DNA of 64,000 nucleotides from the NCBI GenBank assembly GCA_011390135.1, contig JAABSZ010000004.1:130-64129 (forward strand). Direction: 5' to 3'. The translations under genes and the position numbers were made by a program. Positions 10,098-17,982 of the stretch are shown piece by piece (the stretch's first letter is position 1; the number at the start of each line of letters is the position of its first letter). The notes beneath the pieces were generated by a model, which made no database searches, was not told where the DNA came from, and saw only the letters and a list, made by a program, of their open reading frames with translations. The stretch comes from Desulfobacteraceae bacterium. GTDB lineage: Bacteria > Desulfobacterota > Desulfobacteria > Desulfobacterales > JAABSP01.

Positions 10098-11303
10098 TCA
10101 GACCGCGCCGGCCATCGAGAAGATGGGCAGGTACATGGCCACCACCAGTGTACCGATGACCCCTCCGAGAAAGACCATCATCATCGGCTCGATCATCTCC
10201 GTGAGATTATTGACGGCCTCGTCCACCTCGTCGTCATAGAAGTCCGCGATCTTTCCGAGCATGACATCGAGGGCTCCCGTGGCCTCTCCGACCGCGATCA
10301 TCTGGCAGACCATTGGAGGAAAGACGCCGCTTTCCAGCAGGGGCTCGGCCATGGTGCGGCCTTCGGAGATGTCCGTGCGCACCTCATAGATGGTTCGTTC
10401 CACGGTCCTGTTGCCGGCTGTCCGAGCCACGATCTCCAGAGAATCCAGGATGGCCACACCACTTTGCAGCATGGTTCCCATAGTCCGGGTGAACTTGGCC
10501 ACCGCGACCTTTCTCAGCAGCATTCCAAAGACCGGAGCCTTGAGCATCAGGTCATCGATGATTATCTGCCCCCTGTCTGTTTTGTAGAACTTCTTGAAAG
10601 AGACGAAAGCCAGCACCACACCGATAACGATGAAGATGATATTGCCCTTGATGAACCGGCTCATGTTGACAACTATCTGAGTCAGTCCCGGCAGTTGGCC
10701 CCCGAGGCCGGAGAACATGTCCTCGAAGACCGGGATGACGAAGACCATGATTACCATGACCACCATAACGGCCACAATGACCGTGATGGTCGGATAGACC
10801 ATCGCACTCTTCACCTTGGCCTTTAGTTTTGCGGCCTTCTCCAGATGCTCCGAGAGCCGCCGGAGAATGGTGTCGAGGATACCGCCGGCCTCCCCGGCCG
10901 CGATCATGTTGACAAAGAGGGTATCGAACTGCTCCGGATACTTTTTCATGGATTCGGCAAGGGTATCTCCGCCTTCGACCGAATTCTTGATGTCCTTGAT
11001 CGCGTTTTTGAAGCGGGGATTCTCCTGCTGGGAGGAGAGGATCTCGAGACACTGGATGATTGGAAGCCCCGCATCGATCATGGTGGAAAACTGCCGGCAG
11101 AAGACGATGACATCCTTCTGGCTGATCTTGGGCTGCATAAAGGAGATGTTTGCAAAAAGATCCTTGGGCTTCTCCTTGATCTTTATATCGCTGATGCCCC
11201 TCTTTTTGAGATTCGCCTCGGCCGCCTTTATATCTGTGGCCTCCACATCCCCCTTCTGGGATCGTTTCCGCCTGTTCACTCCCTTCCATTGGTAAATCGG
11301 CAT
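10098..11303 (-). CDS. pilC: type IV pilus assembly platform protein PilC (GspF family)
   Basis: 401 aa with two GspF-type repeats (FCRQFSTMIDAGLPI... and FTRTMGTMLQSGVAI...), 3 TM segments and a C-terminal ...AMYLPIFSMAGAV. Confidence 0.85.
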   Translation of the reverse strand: MPIYQWKGVNRRKRSQKGDVEATDIKAAEANLKKRGISDIKIKEKPKDLFANISFMQPKISQKDVIVFCRQFSTMIDAGLPIIQCLEILSSQQENPRFKNAIKDIKNSVEGGDTLAESMKKYPEQFDTLFVNMIAAGEAGGILDTILRRLSEHLEKAAKLKAKVKSAMVYPTITVIVAVMVVMVIMVFVIPVFEDMFSGLGGQLPGLTQIVVNMSRFIKGNIIFIVIGVVLAFVSFKKFYKTDRGQIIIDDLMLKAPVFGMLLRKVAVAKFTRTMGTMLQSGVAILDSLEIVARTAGNRTVERTIYEVRTDISEGRTMAEPLLESGVFPPMVCQMIAVGEATGALDVMLGKIADFYDDEVDEAVNNLTEMIEPMMMVFLGGVIGTLVVAMYLPIFSMAGAV

Positions 11304-11469
11304 AAGCCCTCCTTGAATCGGATGGATGAAGGTTCGATTCGGACCCGTTAATTCTCTTTACGCTGATCTGCAATCCTAATAGCATTTTCAAATAAATGCA
11401 ACAACAGGATAAGCATCTTATTCCCAATGTTTTTTTCTTGACATCCGGCGCGGGAATTGGTCCATCCTT

Positions 11470-11516
11470 ATGGATGAAGAAGATGGATGAGAAAAATGGA
11501 TGAGGAAGATCGATGA
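11470..11516 (+). repeat. 13-bp head-to-tail ATGGATGA array in the TerD leader/promoter region
   Basis: The units are ATGGATGAAGAAG, ATGGATGAGAAAA, ATGGATGAGGAAG and ATCGATGA, starting at 11470, 11483, 11496 and 11509. A further ATGGATGA copy sits at 11322. Confidence 0.8.
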
Positions 11517-11544
11517 ATCAACCCCAAAAAACGGAGGTGAAAGG

Positions 11545-12708
11545 ATGGAGCTGAAGCAGAAAGGAGAGAAGGCCGATATCGGGGCATTCAAACAGTTGAA
11601 GGTCTCGCTGGTTTGGACTTCGGCAGTGGATCTGGATCTGATGGCCTTCTACAGGACCAAAGATGGGCGGACCGGCGGGATCTATTCGGACAACTATGCC
11701 GGGGGGACTCTGGGAGATCTCGATGCCTTCCCCTTTGTCGAGCTTTCAGGAGATGAGGGCGTCGGCGCGGGCGGCGGTGCAAAGCGGGAGGAGATGCGGG
11801 TGGCAAAGCTGGATGATTTTGCCGAACTCTTTATCTGTGCCCTCAATTTTACCGATGCCTCCTCGGGTCAGAACCGGACATTTGCCGACTATGATGCCCG
11901 TGTGGAGGTGATGACGGATAAGGGGGAGTCCCACACGGTGGCACTCGACTCCAATGACCCGGGCGCGGTCGCGATGATCGGCAAATTCGAGGCCGGTTTT
12001 ATTTCGACATCCCTGATCAATGAGAGCGAGGTGATGGGATTGGAGGACTTCCGGGCAAAGATTCCCGGGGCATCGGAGTTGAAGATCGCCTCCAAAGTCA
12101 CCCTCAAGACCAAAGGGGACAGCTTCGACATCAAGCCGAAGGTGACGACCGGTGAACTCCTCATCAACCTCAACTGGAACCAGAAGCCGGACGGTAAATC
12201 CTCCGGGGGCCTCTTTTCAAAGCTGCTGGGCGGGGGCGGCGGCGGCGGGATCGATCTGGATCTGGGCTGCCTTTTCGAGATGGAAAATGGTCTGAAGGGG
12301 GCCATCCAGCCCCTGGGAAACTCCTTTGGCGGGTTCGACACGCCGCCCTATATCCAGCACATGGGCGACGACCGAACCGGCTCATGGTCCCAGGGGGAGA
12401 ACATGAAGATCAATTTAGCCCGGATCGGAGAGATTCGCCGGGTGCTCTTCTACACCTATATCTATGAGGGGGTTCCCAACTGGGGGGCCACCGACGCGAT
12501 CGTGACGGTAAAAGTTCCGGGGCAGCCGGTAATTGAAGTGCCCATGGGCGCTCAGAGCGACACCAGGCCATTCTGCGCGATCGCACTGATGGACTTTTCG
12601 GGAAACCAGATCAAGGTGACCAAGGAGGTGACCTTCCACAAAGGCCATCCCGAGTGCGATCAGATGTACGGATGGGGGCTGAAGTGGGTGGCCGGCTCCA
12701 AAGACTGA
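11545..12708 (+). CDS. two-domain TerD-family protein
   Basis: MELKQKGEKADIG... follows GGAGG. Domain 1 carries LSGDEGVGAGGGAKREEM and domain 2 carries the TerD-type Ca-loop MGDDRTGSWSQGENMKINL. The track start at 11500 lies inside the ATGGATGA repeats and was rejected. Confidence 0.8.
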   Translation: MELKQKGEKADIGAFKQLKVSLVWTSAVDLDLMAFYRTKDGRTGGIYSDNYAGGTLGDLDAFPFVELSGDEGVGAGGGAKREEMRVAKLDDFAELFICALNFTDASSGQNRTFADYDARVEVMTDKGESHTVALDSNDPGAVAMIGKFEAGFISTSLINESEVMGLEDFRAKIPGASELKIASKVTLKTKGDSFDIKPKVTTGELLINLNWNQKPDGKSSGGLFSKLLGGGGGGGIDLDLGCLFEMENGLKGAIQPLGNSFGGFDTPPYIQHMGDDRTGSWSQGENMKINLARIGEIRRVLFYTYIYEGVPNWGATDAIVTVKVPGQPVIEVPMGAQSDTRPFCAIALMDFSGNQIKVTKEVTFHKGHPECDQMYGWGLKWVAGSKD

Positions 12709-12744
12709 CGGGGGAATCGATCGAGGAGATGTTCATCAGAACCG

Positions 12745-13581
12745 CTATCGATCCAGGGATTCGAGGATGAACCCGATCTGGGCATCGATGGCCCGAAAGC
12801 CTTTCCAGGAGAAGCCGGGAGCGCCCCGGCAGAGGGCCACGATGTCCAGGGCTGCCATCTCCAGGGCCTTGAACCGGATCGGGATCATGGGGTGGGTGCG
12901 CATCCATCTGTAGGCATCCCGCCCCTTGCGGATGCCCCGCTCCAGCTCCTCATACTGACCCCGGAACGAATCGAGAATCCGATCCACATGGATGCCCCTC
13001 AGGCCGCTTGCGGTCTTGAAGAGCGCGGTGACCGCGGGGGTCAGCCCCCCGCAGCAGAGCAGTCCGATCCGATCCGCGGAGACCTCGGCCGCCCTGGACC
13101 AACTGAGAAGCAGTGATCCGATCTCCGGCGGGATCTCCCTCAGATGGCTCAGGATCTCATGGATCGGAAACCGGGAATGCTCAAAGGCCACATGCCCCAG
13201 TTCATGGCCGATCACAAAGCGGAGTTCATCGATGGTAAAATCGTTCAGCAGCCCTGAATGGATGAGCAGGTCGAACTTTCCTTCGTGCGCGAAGACACTC
13301 GCGTTGTAGGTCGGGCTCTGGCGGACGAAGAGATCCCCGGAATAGGCCCCGCGGAAGAGATCGAGGCAGAAGCTGTAGGCCGTATAGACTTCGGGCAGCA
13401 GATCGGCCGTGATCCGGACCGCATCTCCGAGCAGATCCTGACGCCGGCCATCGAGAAGGCGCTGGGCATCTGAGAAATCCCGCAGCGGAATGGGTCCGGC
13501 CCGCTCGGTGATCCGCCGGAGAAGGCTCTCCTCATAGCCGAACCGGAGAGCCTCGAAATCTTCGATGACCGGCCGTTTCAC
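12745..13581 (-). CDS. soluble M48-like zinc metallopeptidase
   Basis: 278 aa with HExxH (VIGHELGHVAFEH) and a downstream EVSADRIGLL, matching the M48-type third-ligand region. No TM segment is seen. It has a GTG start and is the last gene of the TerD string. Confidence 0.65.
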   Translation of the reverse strand: MKRPVIEDFEALRFGYEESLLRRITERAGPIPLRDFSDAQRLLDGRRQDLLGDAVRITADLLPEVYTAYSFCLDLFRGAYSGDLFVRQSPTYNASVFAHEGKFDLLIHSGLLNDFTIDELRFVIGHELGHVAFEHSRFPIHEILSHLREIPPEIGSLLLSWSRAAEVSADRIGLLCCGGLTPAVTALFKTASGLRGIHVDRILDSFRGQYEELERGIRKGRDAYRWMRTHPMIPIRFKALEMAALDIVALCRGAPGFSWKGFRAIDAQIGFILESLDR

Positions 13582-13602
13582 CCCGGGGTCATTTGGCGAT
13601 TC

Positions 13603-14694
13603 TCAATCCAGCACAGGCTCATCCCGCCGGACCTGGTTGACATTGATCAGTTGCGCGCCCCCGGGGCCGCTGTTGTCGATCCGGGCGATGAGACACCAGC
13701 TTCCCGGGCTCGACTCGGTAAGGGGGACCTCGATCTCCCGGCCCCCGCCCCGGACCATCACCCGGCCGTCATATGCGGAAAAGTTGGAATTGGGCTTGTT
13801 GAAGATGTTGGCCGCGATCAGGGCATGCTCGATGGTTTCCAGCCGGGTGAAGTAGAGGTTCTCCTCATTGTCTCCCCCCTTGTCACCGACCCCGGCATCC
13901 TGATCCAGATAGACCCAGGGCGCGTTCTCCCGGCTGCCCCGGTCTCCGAAATAGACATGTCCCCTGCCCGAACCACTTCCCCCCAGCAGCTTTCCCATCA
14001 GCCCCTTCTTGGCCGGGGCCGCATCTGCCTTCAGCCGGTAGAAACAGTGGAGATCGAGATCCACCGCGGTCTTCCAGCGGAGAATCGCATGAAAATCCTT
14101 TCCGGAGAGGGGGGCCTTCTGCCCCTTCTCCTTCAACACGATCTTCGAAGCGACCTTCAACTCCGATGCACCCGGAATATTTGCCCGAAAATCCTCCAAC
14201 CCCATCACATCGCTGCTGTTGGCAATAGATGCGCCCATAAAGCTGCTTTTGAAGGTACAGATAACCGCGACTGCGCCCGGTGTTTTGGAGTCGAGGGTGA
14301 CAACATGGGTCTCGCCCTTGTCCGTGACCACCTCGACACTGGCATCATAGTCGGCAAAGACCCGGTTCTGCCCAGTGGATGCATCCGTGAAGTTGAGCGC
14401 ACAGATGTGAAGCTCCTCGAAATCGTCGAGCCGGGCCACCCGGAGTTCCTCCCTTTTAGAGCCGCCCCCTGCGCCCACCCCCTCGTCTCCGGAGAGCTGA
14501 ACAAAGGGAAAGGCATTGAGATCGCCGAGTGATCCGCCGGCATAATTGTCCGAATAGATCCCGCCGGTTCGGCCGTCTTTGGTCTTGTAGAAGGCCATCA
14601 GATCAAGATCCACTTCCGCGGTCCAGATCAGAGATACCTTCATCTGTTTGAAATTGCCGATAACGGCATCGGCCCCCTTCTGCTTCAGATCCAT
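13603..14694 (-). CDS. two-domain TerD-family protein
   Basis: 363 aa starting MDLKQKGADAVIGNFKQMKV... It carries the loops LSGDEGVGAGGGSKREEL and LDQDAGVGDKGGDNEENL. It is a paralog of 11545-12708. Confidence 0.8.
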   Translation of the reverse strand: MDLKQKGADAVIGNFKQMKVSLIWTAEVDLDLMAFYKTKDGRTGGIYSDNYAGGSLGDLNAFPFVQLSGDEGVGAGGGSKREELRVARLDDFEELHICALNFTDASTGQNRVFADYDASVEVVTDKGETHVVTLDSKTPGAVAVICTFKSSFMGASIANSSDVMGLEDFRANIPGASELKVASKIVLKEKGQKAPLSGKDFHAILRWKTAVDLDLHCFYRLKADAAPAKKGLMGKLLGGSGSGRGHVYFGDRGSRENAPWVYLDQDAGVGDKGGDNEENLYFTRLETIEHALIAANIFNKPNSNFSAYDGRVMVRGGGREIEVPLTESSPGSWCLIARIDNSGPGGAQLINVNQVRRDEPVLD

Positions 14695-14815
14695 ATGCGC
14701 TTCTCCTTACATCGAAGGTCTTTCATTTGTCCGGTTTTCCATCAGGAATGCCTCCGGGACGGCCGGTCCGTCTGCCTCCTGCCGGCCCGGTGCATTCCCA
14801 TTTCCCTCAGTGGTT

Positions 14816-15349
14816 CTATTCCTGAATCACATCCAGAAGATCCTGGAGCTTGTTGAGTCCCTTCAGAGTCCCGGCCTTGCTGGTATTGACAAGCTTTGCT
14901 CCGATCGGGGTTGAATTGTCGATGGTGGCGATCAGGGCAAAATTGCCCATATCCCCGGTATCGAGATTCACCTCATGAGCGGTTCCCTTGTCGTCCATCA
15001 CCGAAAGGGTCACGTCGCTGTCGTTGAACCGCGCGGCCGATCCTTCCTTGATCTTCCCGTAGTCCCAACAGATGAGCCAGACATATTTCATGTCGTCGAG
15101 CTTGGTGATCCGGAGGACCTCCTCGTTCTCGCCGCCCTTGTCCCCCACCCCTTCATCCCCCGAAAGCTGCATAAAGGGAGGAGCGTTCAAGTCTCCCAGC
15201 TCGCCGAAATAGACGAGCCCCTGCTTTCCGCCCTTCTCCTCATAGGCCGCGGCCAGATCGAAATCGGCCGCTGTGGTCCAGCGCATGGCAACCATAAGCT
15301 GCTTGAATCCACCGACATTTGCCTCTTCGCCCTTCTGCTTCAGTTCCAT
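14816..15349 (-). CDS. single-domain TerD-family protein
   Basis: 177 aa, MELKQKGEEANVGGFKQLMVAMRWTTAADFDL...LSGDEGVGDKGGENEE. It is the same length as, and closely similar to, 15452-15985. Confidence 0.8.
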   Translation of the reverse strand: MELKQKGEEANVGGFKQLMVAMRWTTAADFDLAAAYEEKGGKQGLVYFGELGDLNAPPFMQLSGDEGVGDKGGENEEVLRITKLDDMKYVWLICWDYGKIKEGSAARFNDSDVTLSVMDDKGTAHEVNLDTGDMGNFALIATIDNSTPIGAKLVNTSKAGTLKGLNKLQDLLDVIQE

Positions 15350-15416
15350 ATGTTCATAACCTCCTGTTGATGTTTTTTTTGATGACCCTTTTTCTTTTAC
15401 AAAGGATTTCCGATTT

Positions 15417-15458
15417 CTATTGTACGATTCCTATTGTCTATTGTCTATTACCTATTGA
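15417..15458 (-). repeat. 7-bp tandem array (CTATTGT on plus, ACAAUAG on the mRNA strand) between the TerD paralogs
   Basis: CTATTGT occurs at 15417, 15431 and 15438, followed by CTATTAC at 15445 and CTATTGA at 15452. The last unit contains the upstream gene's TAG stop. Confidence 0.75.
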
Positions 15459-15985
15459 TTGATAATGTCGATCAACTGCTGCAGCTTGGCCAGCCCTTTC
15501 AGGGTGCCTGCCTTGCTCGAATTGATGATTTTGGGCCCGACCCCGCCCGAATTGTCGATGGTGGCCAGCAGCGCCACATTGCCCATGTCCCCGGTATCCA
15601 GGGTCACATTGTGGGAACTCCCCTTGTCGTCGATGACAGAGAGGGTCACATCACTCTCATTGAACCGGGCCGGCGCGCCGTCCTGTACTTTGCCGTAGTC
15701 CCAGCAGAGAATCCAGACATATTTCATGTCATCGAGCTTGGTGATGCGCATGGTCTCCTCGTTGTCACCGCCCGAGTCGCCCACGCCCTCATCCCCGGAA
15801 AGCTGCATGTGGGGAAAGTTGTTGAGATCTCCCAGCTCGCCGAAATAGACGAGCCCCTGCTTTCCGTTCTTATCCTCATAGGCCGCTGCCAGGTCGAAGT
15901 CCGCAGCGGTTGTCCACCGCATGGAAACCATCAACTGCTTGAATCCGCCGACATTTGCCTCCTGCCCTTTCTGCTTCAGATCCAT
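15452..15985 (-). CDS. single-domain TerD-family protein
   Basis: The start is set at ATG 15985 (MDLKQKGQEANVGGFKQLMVSMRWTT...), preceded by AGGAGG. The track ORF extends to 16069 with no homology support. It is a tandem paralog of 14816-15349. Confidence 0.8.
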   Translation of the reverse strand: MDLKQKGQEANVGGFKQLMVSMRWTTAADFDLAAAYEDKNGKQGLVYFGELGDLNNFPHMQLSGDEGVGDSGGDNEETMRITKLDDMKYVWILCWDYGKVQDGAPARFNESDVTLSVIDDKGSSHNVTLDTGDMGNVALLATIDNSGGVGPKIINSSKAGTLKGLAKLQQLIDIINQ

Positions 15986-16088
15986 GAAGACCTCCTTTTC
16001 AATAAGATTCGATTCTTTGAATACTTTCTTCTCAATATGTATATAATCTGCGGCCATTTCCGTCAACAAAAACCGAAGGAAGCTCAGA

Positions 16089-17330
16089 CTACCGAAGGTA
16101 GAGCAGCGGAATCATGAACCCCAGCCACAGGCTGATGAGAAGCGCTCCGGTGAGATTGAGCAGAAATCCGGCCACAAGCATCCGCTTCAATGAGGTTCCC
16201 TTCATCTCACCAAAGGCAAGTGCGTTGCAGGGAGTGGCCACCGGGGTCATGAACGCACAGGTGGACGCGGCCGAAACAGCGATCATCAGGATGAGCGGAG
16301 CCAGGCCGTAGCTCTCCCCGATAAATTCCACCAGAGGGAAAAAAGCCGCAGAAACCACGGTGTTGCTGAGGATTTCCGTGAGGAAGGTCACCGCAGCCGA
16401 GACCGAGATCACCACCAGAATCGGAGGGACCCCAGGGTGGATCAGACCGGAGAGCAGCGCCGGAATATACTGTTGGAGCCCCAGCTTTCGAACCCCCCAG
16501 ACGATCACGACAAGAAGCCCGATAAAGAGAAGCCCCCTCGCGGGAAGATCGGTGAAGACATCCTTTGGCCGAAGCAGAGGACGGGGAGCGGGGCCAGGCG
16601 GAGAGACAAAGCTCATGTACAGAAACAGGAGAAAAAAGAGGATGGCCGGGATGGGAAGGTACTCCTCGATGCCGAAGGATGGGCTTTCCAGCAGCGACAG
16701 GATGATCCAGAAGATGATGAAGATCCCGAAAAGCCAGGCCGCGGAACGCTGTTTCGAATTCAAACAGATCCGGGCTTCCCCCATCGCCACCCTAAGAGAG
16801 CGCAACTCTTTGGGAATCCCGAAGAGGATCACGACCCGCCACGCCAACAGGGAAAAGATGGCCACCAGCGGCAGGGACCAGAGAAACCAGTTGAGAAAGG
16901 TGATTTGATCGCCTCCGGGAACCTTGAAGAGATCGAGCGCGGCGATGAGCATCAGATTGGCGGGGCTGCCGATCAGAGAGCCCATTCCGCCGATATTGGC
17001 CCCATATATGGCAGAAAGGGTCAGCGCGGTGGTCAGCCGTTTCCCGTCCGTCTGGATGCGGATATCCCGGTCCAGCAGCTTCAGGGAGGGCAGAAGGATC
17101 AGAATGGTCACCGCATTGGGGATGAAAAAAGAGATGACCGCGGCAGTAGCGATGATGTAGAGGGAAATCCGGCCGATGCGGCCTCTGCTCCGCCGGAGGC
17201 TCCAGGAGACAAAGACATCCGTCAGTTGCGTCACCACAAAGAGGCGATAGATGAAGTAGCCGTTGACGAACATCAGGATCAGCGGCAGGCGGTTCCAGTA
17301 ATAGGCGTCGAGGATGTCGGCCGGTTCCAA
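16089..17330 (-). CDS. polytopic anion permease (ArsB/NhaD-DASS/SLC13-like superfamily)
   Basis: 413 aa, all-membrane, with two re-entrant-type motifs GSLIGSPANLM and TPVATPCNALAFGEM. It has a TTG start with no clear RBS, so the start is uncertain. Confidence 0.6.
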   Translation of the reverse strand: MEPADILDAYYWNRLPLILMFVNGYFIYRLFVVTQLTDVFVSWSLRRSRGRIGRISLYIIATAAVISFFIPNAVTILILLPSLKLLDRDIRIQTDGKRLTTALTLSAIYGANIGGMGSLIGSPANLMLIAALDLFKVPGGDQITFLNWFLWSLPLVAIFSLLAWRVVILFGIPKELRSLRVAMGEARICLNSKQRSAAWLFGIFIIFWIILSLLESPSFGIEEYLPIPAILFFLLFLYMSFVSPPGPAPRPLLRPKDVFTDLPARGLLFIGLLVVIVWGVRKLGLQQYIPALLSGLIHPGVPPILVVISVSAAVTFLTEILSNTVVSAAFFPLVEFIGESYGLAPLILMIAVSAASTCAFMTPVATPCNALAFGEMKGTSLKRMLVAGFLLNLTGALLISLWLGFMIPLLYLR

Positions 17331-17378
17331 GTTAGAGGTCTCTCCGAATGTATTGTGGAGGCAAAAGCTTACTGTCGA

Positions 17379-17407
17379 ATTCTAAACCATGAGGTATGGC
17401 GTGTCAA
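17379..17407 (-). promoter_or_regulatory. near-consensus sigma70 promoter upstream of the permease/TerD/M48 gene string
   Basis: The minus strand reads TTGACA (17407-17402), a 17-nt spacer, then TAGAAT (17384-17379). It lies about 50 nt upstream of the permease start. Confidence 0.55.
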
Positions 17408-17436
17408 ACCCGGATATAACCGCATATAAAAGGATA

Positions 17437-17979
17437 TCAGGGAGAAGCAGCAGCGCCCTTTTCTTTTTCGGCCTTCTCCCGCGCGGCGATCTCGGCCTTC
17501 TTCTTCTGGATCCGCTCCAGCATGTTATCGTAAAGTTTTTGATCGAAGGTATCGATGGCCCGCGATTGGAGCTTGTAAACCTGAACCGAATACCCGGCAT
17601 CGTTGATCCATTCCTGCCCGAGGCTCGCTTCGAACCAACTGAGGGTGCTTTGGATCGACTTTTCAAAGATCTGCCGGCGGTATTCCTCGTGGGCCGCTTC
17701 ATCGAAATTTCCGGCCTCGATGGCATTGCTGCGCCATATATTGAGCGCGGCCCGGGCAGAGGAATAGGCATCCCGCTGGATGGCCCGCTTCAGGCGCCAG
17801 AGGCTGTCTGCGGCTCTTCGGGTGATTCTCGGGTCGATCTTCTCCTTTTCCGCGGCCTTCTCTTCCGCCCCCAAAGCCGATTCCGGGAAAAGGGAGAGGA
17901 AAGAAAATCCGCCCGAAACCAGCAGAAGAAAAAGAGACGCGCACAGAAGGGATTTGCGAAAGCGTCGTTTCATCATCAT
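17437..17979 (-). CDS. secreted/periplasmic hypothetical protein
   Basis: 180 aa with signal peptide MMMKRRFRKSLLCASLFLLLVSGGFS and a helical, charged body. No family was recognised. Confidence 0.55.
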   Translation of the reverse strand: MMMKRRFRKSLLCASLFLLLVSGGFSFLSLFPESALGAEEKAAEKEKIDPRITRRAADSLWRLKRAIQRDAYSSARAALNIWRSNAIEAGNFDEAAHEEYRRQIFEKSIQSTLSWFEASLGQEWINDAGYSVQVYKLQSRAIDTFDQKLYDNMLERIQKKKAEIAAREKAEKEKGAAASP

Positions 17980-17982
17980 TTT

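Noticed and set aside
11500-11544. Upstream ATG (11500) as the start of the TerD gene
   Set aside because: That ATG is part of an ATGGATGA repeat unit with no RBS. The ATG at 11545 follows GGAGG and gives the MELKQKG N-terminus shared by all four paralogs.
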